A stretch of DNA of 64,000 bases from Methanolinea sp. (lineage in GTDB: Archaea; Halobacteriota; Methanomicrobia; Methanomicrobiales; Methanospirillaceae), in the NCBI GenBank assembly GCA_018262855.1, contig JADFDO010000002.1, positions 187,107 to 251,106 of the forward strand, in the 5' to 3' direction. The notes under the pieces are model-generated. The model was not told the DNA's origin and did no database searches. It saw nothing but the letters and a program-made list of their open reading frames with translations. Below, in pieces: positions 56,864 through 64,000 of the stretch. The first letter of the stretch is position 1. Each line of letters starts with the position of its first letter. The translations under genes and the position numbers were made by a program.

Positions 56864-56898
56864 TTTTTTTCAATACTACACCAAACAGGGTTTTTTTT
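56864..56898 (+). terminator. Two oligo-T runs (T7 at 56864-56870, T8 at 56891-56898) after the C45-like gene
   Basis: Oligo-T runs read directly from the sequence. Confidence 0.4.
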
Positions 56899-57327
56899 CT
56901 GGGAATGATGGTAAAGTCCGAATAAATGTGATTCCTTCAAGAGTTTTGTTGTCCATCACATTTTGTGTCTGCGATTTTGGGAACGTGTTTCACAGGGGTC
57001 ATTTTTTGTGAAAATACATTCACAAAAACCGGGGCCCTCCATGCGGATTACACCACCACGATGTGATCATCCTTGCTGGTTTCCTCTGCTCCGTTCTTCT
57101 CTATAACCTGCTGGTGAAGATCACACACCACTCGCTCTCACCGGATGGTGGTGCCCTGGATGTCGCAGGTTCAGGAATGATTGCTACGAACCCGTCTCCC
57201 GGGATACCGAGTCCTGGATTGTTCTCTCGCAATCATACTTGACGGTGAGATCGTGTTCCACTGTGAAAGAATTCAATTCTCCACATAGCACGAACCTTTT
57301 TACACCCAACACAGCATTCAATGATCA

Positions 57328-58491
57328 ATGATATCGATCCTGTACGTTGACGACGAACCGGGACTGCAGGATATCGTAAAAATCTTCCTTGAACGTTCCG
57401 GGAATTTTAAGGTCGATATCTCAGGATCGGCATTTGATGCGCTGAACAAATTGAAAGGAAACAGGTATGACGCGGTTGTGTCTGATTTCCAGATGCCGGG
57501 AATGGACGGCATCGCCTTTCTCAAAACAATCCGGAGTGAATATCCCCATCTCCCTTTTATCATCTTTACCGGTCGTGGCCGTGAAGGGGTTGCGATTGAC
57601 GCATTGAATAATGGCGCTGATTTCTACCTGCAGAAAGGGAGTGACATCAAACCACTCTTCGCCGAATTACAGAATATGATCCAAAAAGCAGTCCAGCGAA
57701 GACAATTAGAAGATGCACTGCTTGAGAGCGAAACGCGATACCGGGAATTTTTTACGACCAGCAGGGACAGTGTATTCATCACAACCCCCGATGGGAGATG
57801 GATCGATTTCAATGATGCACTTGTCGAGATGTTTAGGTACGGAAGCCGGGATGAATTATTCCAGATTCCTGTCACTGCAGTCTACGCAGAAGAGGGAGCC
57901 CGTGCTGCCTTCCACCGTATCATTCAACGCCAGGGATGTGTGAAGGAACACCCGGTACGCGGGCGAAAGAAGGATGGAACGGTATTCGAGGCTCTTATTA
58001 CCACCGTCCCGGTCCGGAATGCTGACGGTTCAGTGAAGATGTTTATCGGAACAATCAGGGATGTCACTGAACAAAAGCGTGCAGAACAGGCACTCAAAGA
58101 GAGTGAAGAACAGTATCGCATCCTGGCCGAAAATGCCCCTGTCGGTATCCTCACCTGTGACAGGAACGGGCATATCACGTATCTCAATCCAAAGGTGTTG
58201 GAGTTGCTAGGTTCTCCATCGGAGGAGAGGACAAAAGAGATCAATCTTCTTCGATTTCCTCCCCTGGTAGAAATTGGGTTTGCGGAAGATCTTCGCCGAA
58301 CCGTTGAGGATGGGATCTCGATCCATACTAAAGAGGCGGAATACACTTCAAAATGGGGCAAGACTGTGCATTTCAGGTTGCACATCTCGCCTATAGTGAA
58401 GCAAGGGGTGATCGAGGGTGCCCAGATTATCCTGGATGATATCACTTCCCGGAATCGTACATCACCAGATATTTCTCATGGACCTGAATAG
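57328..58491 (+). CDS. Response regulator receiver + two PAS domains, no output/kinase domain
   Basis: MISILYVDDEPGLQ...DAVVSDFQMPGMDGIAF...IIFTGRGRE...ADFYLQKG (REC). Two PAS units (ESETRYREFF...RKKDGTVFEA...IRDVTEQKRAEQAL; ESEEQYRILAENAPVGI...). Confidence 0.85.
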   Translation: MISILYVDDEPGLQDIVKIFLERSGNFKVDISGSAFDALNKLKGNRYDAVVSDFQMPGMDGIAFLKTIRSEYPHLPFIIFTGRGREGVAIDALNNGADFYLQKGSDIKPLFAELQNMIQKAVQRRQLEDALLESETRYREFFTTSRDSVFITTPDGRWIDFNDALVEMFRYGSRDELFQIPVTAVYAEEGARAAFHRIIQRQGCVKEHPVRGRKKDGTVFEALITTVPVRNADGSVKMFIGTIRDVTEQKRAEQALKESEEQYRILAENAPVGILTCDRNGHITYLNPKVLELLGSPSEERTKEINLLRFPPLVEIGFAEDLRRTVEDGISIHTKEAEYTSKWGKTVHFRLHISPIVKQGVIEGAQIILDDITSRNRTSPDISHGPE

Positions 58492-58521
58492 AAACATCCT
58501 GATTCACTGATGATGACCGGA

Positions 58522-58742
58522 GGATGATACAGATCCGGGATGTCCGGTGGGAGGACAGCGGGGCCACGTTCGTGAACTCGATCCTCGCTCCCGATCACCC
58601 GGAGAACTCTATTCTACCATCCACCAGGTCGTGTTCCTGCCGGATTCGCGGACGGTCAGGATCAAGGACCATGACAGCGGCTGGCAGAATGTTAAGCTCG
58701 GGATGTTGTTTGGGGAGTGAGCGGAAGGGATGGGGATTGGCT
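58522..58742 (+). pseudogene. Frameshifted duplicate of the last ~65 codons of the C45-like gene
   Basis: Reads MIQIRDVRWEDSGATFVNSILAPDHPE, then loses frame through a 1-nt deletion relative to 56632..56852. There is no upstream part of the gene. Confidence 0.8.
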
Positions 58743-58962
58743 CTTCCCCCCGTTTTGCCCAAATCTGGCGAAGTGAACCTGGTATGGTCCGCTAAGGGGA
58801 TACTGTGGGAAGCACGCTTGGTGAAAGGTGAAGAAGGGGATTTGAACAAAAAATTGAAATCCTCCCTATCTGGAGATACACAAGAGATATCCTGACCAGA
58901 ATTGCGTGAAACTCTGATACTATTTCATAATTCTTATCACCTGAAAATCGCAATTCCTCCGA

Positions 58963-60393
58963 ATGGGAAAAACCACCTGTTCATTTTTTCGAGTGGCAAT
59001 TGTGGTCAGTACTCTTGCCATTCTCTTTTTAATCTTTTCAGGATGCACGGGAAACCCGGCAGGGGGAGTCGTGAAGAATACCTCGGCAGCACAACCAGAA
59101 TCACAAGGGAATGAAAGTCGTCTGCAAGAGTCAAATGCCACGACAAGCACTGGTCCGGTCAGCATGACCATCCATTCCGTCTACAAAACAATGAAGATCA
59201 AGGATGCAAATCCGATATCAGGAAATATTTTCGTTGTCATCAATACGACGATTGAAAACATGGATGAAACAACCCCTTTTGTGGTCAATGAGACGACCGT
59301 TGATATCACCGGGGGTGGGCCTATCACGCAGAAGGTCTATGGCAAATTATCAAATCCCTTCTACTGGGGGTCCATTCCGCCAAAAAGCAGTACTACCGGT
59401 GAAATTGTATGTGGGGTAAAAGCAACCACAGAACAGTTCACCATCACGCTTCGTGATGAGCAGGGGAATGCCATATTCACCAAACCGATCGGTTCCATTC
59501 CTCTGGGCAATTATGGTCAACCCCCTGGTTCTGAGAGCACTGCCCAGGAGTCAGACCCTGCCCAAACCCTCAAAGTCGTCATCCACTCGGCACAAAAAAC
59601 CATGAAGATCCAGGATACGAACCCCCTGCCTGGAAATATCTTTGTCGTCATCAACATGACAATCGAGAACCTCGCTGGCAGTGAATCATTCGTTGCCAAT
59701 GAAAATACCATTGATATCACTGGTGGAGGACCGATGACCCAGAAGATCTACGACAGATTAGCAAACCCCTTTTTCTGGGGATCCATTCCGCCAAAAAGCA
59801 GCAAGACCGGTGTGATAGTATTTGGAGTAAAAGAGAGTACGAACCAGTTTACGCTGACGTTCCTTGATGAAAAGAAGCAGGTCATGCTCACAGTACCAAT
59901 CGGGACAATTTCCACCGGCCCCTACATACCCTCAATAGGAAATGCAGACCTGCTCAGTGCAACAAATTTCTCTGCCGTGATTGAGAGCCTGGATACCCCA
60001 CAGAAAGCGACTGAGTATGCGGATGCGAGATTCATCTTTACCTACCATGATGGATGCATATCCTATCCCCCTGAGGAATTTTTCCGGAATGGAAAAGGCG
60101 ATTGTAAGGATTATGCGACCTTCCTTTCATATGTGCTCGCACATCATGGCTATGATGCACAGATTGTTGCATTCAAATATTTTAAGGATAACAAACGAAA
60201 CGGGCATGTTGTCACCTTTTTCAAAGAAGCAGATGGATCCATGTATTACATGACAACCCCGGCGGTCAGCAAGATAAGGGGAGTCACGTCACTCGATAAT
60301 CTCCTGCAGAAGGAATGTTCGCGTCTTGGCATACCCACAATTGCCAATTACACGATCATCCCCGCCGGCTCTGTGGACACATGCGTCTTGTAA
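58963..60393 (+). CDS. Lipobox-type secreted protein: two tandem DUF4352-like domains + C-terminal transglutaminase-like cysteine-protease domain
   Basis: Signal LAILFLIFSGC. Repeats at aa 66-180 and 203-317 (nt 59158-59502 and 59569-59913) share (H)S..KTMKI.D.NP..GNIFVVIN.TIEN...DITGGGP.TQK.Y..L.NPF.WGSIPPKSS.TG. The C-terminus has GKGDCKDYATFLSYVL...GHVVTFF. Confidence 0.75.
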   Translation: MGKTTCSFFRVAIVVSTLAILFLIFSGCTGNPAGGVVKNTSAAQPESQGNESRLQESNATTSTGPVSMTIHSVYKTMKIKDANPISGNIFVVINTTIENMDETTPFVVNETTVDITGGGPITQKVYGKLSNPFYWGSIPPKSSTTGEIVCGVKATTEQFTITLRDEQGNAIFTKPIGSIPLGNYGQPPGSESTAQESDPAQTLKVVIHSAQKTMKIQDTNPLPGNIFVVINMTIENLAGSESFVANENTIDITGGGPMTQKIYDRLANPFFWGSIPPKSSKTGVIVFGVKESTNQFTLTFLDEKKQVMLTVPIGTISTGPYIPSIGNADLLSATNFSAVIESLDTPQKATEYADARFIFTYHDGCISYPPEEFFRNGKGDCKDYATFLSYVLAHHGYDAQIVAFKYFKDNKRNGHVVTFFKEADGSMYYMTTPAVSKIRGVTSLDNLLQKECSRLGIPTIANYTIIPAGSVDTCVL

Positions 60394-60408
60394 TAGAAAG
60401 ACCTACCG

Positions 60409-60416
60409 TTTTTTTT
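60409..60416 (+). terminator. Oligo-T (T8) after 58963..60393
   Basis: T8 run at 60409-60416. Confidence 0.35.
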
Positions 60417-60524
60417 ACTCGTGAAAGCATGAATCCGGCTGATATCATATTTTAAGGCAGGTGTCACTCAGCATCTCTGCCTTCTGCCGATACCCTCAAA
60501 TCTTCCGGCCTTCCACTCTCTTCT

Positions 60525-61382
60525 ATGGGTGCACTCACAGGGAAGCATGGGCCAACCGATCCGAAACGTATCATTGCAGTCTACCTCGTGCTGGTATGCG
60601 CATTATCGTCGATCTTCTGGTATTGTATCGCGGTGCGGCCACAGTGGGCGATAGATTCAGGCCTGCTCCGTTACGCAACCCTCCCTCTCATGTGGTGTCC
60701 TGCGTTCGCCGCGATCATAACCCGGCTCGCATTGCAGAGAAACCTTGGGGGATTCGGGTGGAAGATCGGCGAACTCCGGTGGTGGCTCCTCGCGATGGTC
60801 ATCCCGGTTGCCGTCGGGCTCCTGATGTTCGGCACCGGGTGGATCTCCGGTGTTGCGCCGTTCCTGCCGGACAGGGCAGCGGCCATGCTCGCGGTGCCGG
60901 CACTTTTGGCCATCCTGGTCACGCTTGGCTTCAGTATCTTTTCGGCAACGGGCGAGGAGATCGGGTGGCGGGGGCTTCTGGTCCCCGAGCTTGGCAGGGT
61001 CACCACGTTCACCTGGATCGCGATCATCTCTGCCGTCATCTGGTTCCTCTGGCACCTGCCGCTCATGCTCGTGGGTGCGTATGGCGATGGATCGCTCTCC
61101 TCGATGGTGCTGTTCTTCATCTCCATGATCGGCGGCTCGACGCTCTTTGCGTGGATCAGGCTTGCGTCCGGCAGCATCTGGCCAGCCGCCCTTCTCCATG
61201 GCTTCTGGAACTACTTCATCCAGACATTCTACCCGAGGATCACGGCAACGACCGATGCCGGAGAGGCAATGCTTGGCGAGTTCGGCTGGTATGCGGTGCT
61301 GATCAGCATCGCGATCGGACTCCTCTTCTGGTACCTCCGATATATGCTCCCGGAGATGCCGAAGCCCGAAGGCGGTCTCTAG
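60525..61382 (+). CDS. CPBP-family intramembrane glutamic endopeptidase (CAAX protease/Abi-like)
   Basis: SATGEEIGWRGLLVPEL (EExxxR), IWFLWHLP (FxxxH), LLHGFWNYF (HxxxN/D). Polytopic. Confidence 0.85.
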   Translation: MGALTGKHGPTDPKRIIAVYLVLVCALSSIFWYCIAVRPQWAIDSGLLRYATLPLMWCPAFAAIITRLALQRNLGGFGWKIGELRWWLLAMVIPVAVGLLMFGTGWISGVAPFLPDRAAAMLAVPALLAILVTLGFSIFSATGEEIGWRGLLVPELGRVTTFTWIAIISAVIWFLWHLPLMLVGAYGDGSLSSMVLFFISMIGGSTLFAWIRLASGSIWPAALLHGFWNYFIQTFYPRITATTDAGEAMLGEFGWYAVLISIAIGLLFWYLRYMLPEMPKPEGGL

Positions 61383-61430
61383 GCGTTGAGATGCATGCTG
61401 TGCTGGTGGGGGATACATCCCTCCACCTTC

Positions 61431-61570
61431 TTCCATAAAGCACAAGAGCGTGTCTGACCTATCTCCTGCGTAATGACCCGGTTCAATGCTCTTATCCTTC
61501 TCGTGATCGTACTCACCATGATCCTGTGTGCAGGGTGCCTCCAGGAACAGAAAGTTTCCGGCGTGAACGA
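61431..61570 (+). repeat. Direct repeat copy 1 (promoter-proximal region + first 33 codons of the Cache-like lipoprotein gene), partner at 62906..63045
   Basis: 5 mismatches in 140 nt by hand alignment. Offset 1475 nt. Confidence 0.9.
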
Positions 61571-61631
61571 TAGTACCAGCCTCCCGTCTTTTCCGGGGGG
61601 AGCACTATCCCTCCTTCACTCCTTACCCTGA
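61473..61631 (+). pseudogene. Truncated duplicate (52 codons) of the 5' end of 62948..63796
   Basis: MTRFNALILLVIVLTMILCAGCLQEQKVSGVND matches the full gene, then diverges and stops at 61629-61631. Confidence 0.75.
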
Positions 61632-61774
61632 CGTGACAATCTCCTTCACTCTTCACAAAAAAAGCAGGTGTAGAGGGAGGCACTACCAATCTGTCGAAGA
61701 TAGTGGATTGTTGATGAAAACCGACGGGAACCACATCAGTATTTATAACCTGTGACATACTACTACTACCAAGT

Positions 61775-61966
61775 ATGAGCGAGCAGGCAGTGCATGGACC
61801 TCACAAGTCAGAATGGATCACCATCTCCACCGATGAATATGAATCCATGCAGCGTACCATTGAGGTTCTTTCGGACCCCGACCTTATGATCCAGCTCGAC
61901 CAGGGGAAGAGAAAAAATGCCCCGACGAGGGATTTTGAGGATCTTGCTGGAGAATTAGGTCTTTAG
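61775..61966 (+). CDS. Short Phd/YefM-like antitoxin (63 aa)
   Basis: ITISTDEYESMQRTIEVLSDPDLMIQLDQG matches the C-terminal half of Phd/YefM-type antitoxins. TATA-like ATTTATAA lies about 30 nt upstream. Confidence 0.6.
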   Translation: MSEQAVHGPHKSEWITISTDEYESMQRTIEVLSDPDLMIQLDQGKRKNAPTRDFEDLAGELGL

Positions 61967-62187
61967 AACTCATCTTTGTGCCTGATGGCCTCAATAATTA
62001 CCTCCCCTTTTTCAAAATCAATGGTGTAGAGAATCCGGAATTTTCGTTCAAAAGAGAGTTCCCATAGTCCGTGGAGAGACCCTCTCAGCGGTTTTCCATG
62101 AATGTCAGATGGTACTTGCGGATAAAGAGAAGAGGAGGATGCTCTGACACTCCTTTTACACGAGCGTGGGGCAGTGGAAATCCGTGA
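61963..62187 (-). pseudogene. RelE/ParE-family toxin remnant lacking start codon and N-terminal part
   Basis: Minus-strand translation: ...LYPQVPSDIHGKPLRGSLHGLWELSFERKFRILYTIDFEKGEVIIEAIRHKDEF-stop, which fits the RelE/ParE C-terminal core. There is no ATG/GTG/TTG in the open frame, and it begins directly after the TGA-TAA of the upstream gene. Confidence 0.6.
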
Positions 62188-62190
62188 TTA

Positions 62191-62679
62191 TCAGTCAAAA
62201 TACAAGGTATAGTTATCGGGTGCATAGGTCGACAAGACTATCAAGAGAATCCAGAAGATGATAAAATACTTCACTACCCAACCATCTTCGGTCTTTTCTG
62301 AAGTGGTCTCGCCTGATGGCGTACAATATTTTCTTTGGATATAGTGGAATCCATCAGAGATAAATGCAAGCAAAAAGAGTATGGTGACTACAAGGAACCC
62401 AATGTTCCTTCTTAAGGTAATCCCTGGGTGAAGTTCCTCATCGGTTTTCTCTTCTTCCGGATTTTCTTCTAAAGAGGATCGGGCAGGAATTTCCGATTGG
62501 GTATATATTCCATCAACAAGGGCGACAATAGTTCCCTTCTGGACCTGAAGTCCTGGTGAGATGTCGGCCTGACTTCCCGAGCTCGATGCAACCTGCAGAC
62601 CTGTACACATGAATGCGAGGATACACATCGTAAGAATGGGAACACCGCACGATAATTTCTGAATCCCCATCATTATCAA
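62191..62679 (-). CDS. Hypothetical membrane protein (162 aa; signal peptide + 2 TM)
   Basis: VPILTMCILAFMCTGLQVASS, IGFLVVTILFLLAFISDGF and YFIIFWILLIVLSTYA hydrophobic segments. AT-rich coding sequence. Confidence 0.5.
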   Translation of the reverse strand: MIMMGIQKLSCGVPILTMCILAFMCTGLQVASSSGSQADISPGLQVQKGTIVALVDGIYTQSEIPARSSLEENPEEEKTDEELHPGITLRRNIGFLVVTILFLLAFISDGFHYIQRKYCTPSGETTSEKTEDGWVVKYFIIFWILLIVLSTYAPDNYTLYFD

Positions 62680-62905
62680 TCACTTTCAGACGGGTTTCCA
62701 ATTCATTTTCACCTGGATAATATTTTTCGTTATATTCTATAGTCATATATAGAGACATCATTGTCTCTTGTGTCTCTTGAGTGATTTGCATGAATGCTGT
62801 GAAATCCCGCGGAACACAGGATTCTTCTCTCTGTGAGATGAGTGCAGGGGTTACGAAGTGCCGGTCCCGGAAGCGACGAGAAGGCAATGATTCCCCCTCA
62901 CCCTG

Positions 62906-63045
62906 TTCCGTAAAGCACAAGAGCGTGTCTGACCTATCTCCTGCGTAATGACCCGGTTCAATGCTCTTATCCTTCTCGTGATCGTGCTCGCCATGATCCT
63001 GTGTGCAGGGTGCCTCCAGGAACAGAAGGTTCCCGGCGTGAACGA
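62906..63045 (+). repeat. Direct repeat copy 2, partner at 61431..61570
   Basis: See copy 1. Confidence 0.9.
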
Positions 63046-63796
63046 CACCACCGCGATCCGGCATGCACTCATGCAACAGCTCCTCCACGGAATGACCGTC
63101 ATACTCCAGGACAACCTCGAAGCGTTCGATGCCTCTGTTGAGGACGTTGCATCCCTCCTCGGGACCACCGGGATTTCAGGCCCTAAGGCCGATTCCCTCA
63201 TCATGGATCTCGCAGCCTCCCATCATTCCATACTCAGTGCCATCACCGTTGATACCAATGGCACCGTGCGTGCTGCAGCACCGGAGAGTGCCCTTACCAT
63301 CCTCGGCCAGAACATCGCAGACCAGGACGTCATCGCACACGTGCTCTCCACCAGGCAACCGGCCATGGGCACGTACTTCACCCTCCGGCAGGGAGGAGCA
63401 GGGGTCGCACTTGTCTACCCGGTCTTCTCACCCGGCGGGGAGTTCCTCGGTGCAGTCAGCCTGGCCTTCTCCCCCTCGATCCTCGTTACACCCTATGCAG
63501 AAGAGTCAGCGACCTGGGCACCCTACACCTACATCGTCGCACAACCCGATGGCGTCCTTCTCGCCCATTCCAACCCCGCAATGGTGGGGAAGCCAACCTT
63601 CAATGAACCACTCTTCGAAGGATTCCCCGAGATCCTCGATCTTGCCCGCCGGTATAGCACGGAACGCACCGGGTATGCGACGTTTTCATATTACAAGGTT
63701 GGTTCAACAGAGATTGTGCCGAAAGAGACATTCTGGGATACCGTGGTGATGAAGGGTACTGAGTGGCGTGTGCTGGTGGTCGCGGATGGGGAGTAG
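62948..63796 (+). CDS. Lipobox-type secreted protein with Cache-like (double PAS-like) extracellular sensor fold, no transmembrane output
   Basis: MTRFNALILLVIVLAMILCAGC signal. AITVDTNGTVRAAAPE...GQNIADQDVIAHVLSTRQPAMGTYF...VALVYPVFSPGGEFLGAVSLAF...YIVAQPDGVLLAHSNPAMVGK resembles Cache-domain segments. Confidence 0.6.
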   Translation: MTRFNALILLVIVLAMILCAGCLQEQKVPGVNDTTAIRHALMQQLLHGMTVILQDNLEAFDASVEDVASLLGTTGISGPKADSLIMDLAASHHSILSAITVDTNGTVRAAAPESALTILGQNIADQDVIAHVLSTRQPAMGTYFTLRQGGAGVALVYPVFSPGGEFLGAVSLAFSPSILVTPYAEESATWAPYTYIVAQPDGVLLAHSNPAMVGKPTFNEPLFEGFPEILDLARRYSTERTGYATFSYYKVGSTEIVPKETFWDTVVMKGTEWRVLVVADGE

Positions 63797-63842
63797 GGTG
63801 TTTTTTGATTTGGTTTCATGTAGAGAGGGTTGGCAGCAATAT

Positions 63843-64000
63843 TCATGCTGTCTTCTCCGGGAATGTGAGTGCGAGGTTGTCCTGCTGTGTGGCCTCTTGG
63901 CTTGAGGGTCTTCTCGACGATGATCTCGGTCTTCCCTGATCCCGGCCCTGCAATGATAAGCTGAATTCCGACATTGGTGACGGTTTCGGCCTGGGCGGGA
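63843..64000 (-). pseudogene. UvrD/Rep-type helicase N-terminal fragment (motif I and Ia), frameshifted and truncated; start lies beyond the window end
   Basis: Minus strand reads ...VGIQLIIAGPGSGKTEIIVEKTLK. After a -1 shift it reads QDNLALTFPEKTA (motif Ia-like), then TGA (63843-63845). It abuts the 3' end of the plus-strand gene. Confidence 0.5.

Noticed and set aside
60461-61438. 325-aa plus-strand ORF overlapping the CPBP protease gene in another frame
   Set aside because: The Arg/Pro/His-rich product has no TM pattern, while the 60525 frame carries all three CPBP motifs.
61513-61758. 81-aa minus-strand ORF across the truncated duplicate
   Set aside because: It overlaps the repeat and relic region antisense, with no start context or motif. 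Likely spurious.

Overview
The window looks like an archaeal chromosome segment, most likely from a Methanomicrobiales-type methanogen. Supporting content: archaemetzincin, a beta-RFAP-synthase-like (methanopterin pathway) gene, an orphan LarC, PKD/IPT surface proteins, many PAS/REC signalling proteins, GGAGG-type RBSs and oligo-T terminators. No rRNA, tRNA or CRISPR array was found.

The 0-33 kb part is mostly recognisable. It holds PAS/REC signalling genes, a kdpABC operon followed by a kinase-less KdpD, archaemetzincin, a SAM methyltransferase, and a PKD/IPT surface protein with a coupled partner gene. It also holds a transglutaminase-like lipoprotein, a group II PLP decarboxylase, modABC and a REC-PAS histidine kinase. 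A minus-strand string runs AbrB-like gene, hgcA, hgcB, acr3, DGC-motif gene. A divergent locus follows: a chorismate-lyase-like::RFAP-synthase-like fusion facing a 617-aa unknown protein that is coupled to larC.

The 33-41 kb part carries an S-layer-like glycoprotein, a type II P-type ATPase and an NSS transporter, bracketed by two paralogous gene copies.

The 41-64 kb part is accessory-like. It contains hicAB, a decayed Phd/RelE pair, many lipobox-type secreted proteins built from duplicated domains, a visibly AT-rich island near 44-46.4 kb, three sets of direct repeats made of partial gene duplications, and several gene relics.

The two loci I consider most worth follow-up are the hgcAB/acr3 string with its Cys-pair AbrB-type gene and an unusual HgcA cap-helix residue, and the fusion/unknown/LarC locus, which may encode an undescribed nickel-cofactor function.

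All calls rest on reading motifs in the supplied translations and DNA. No database search was possible.
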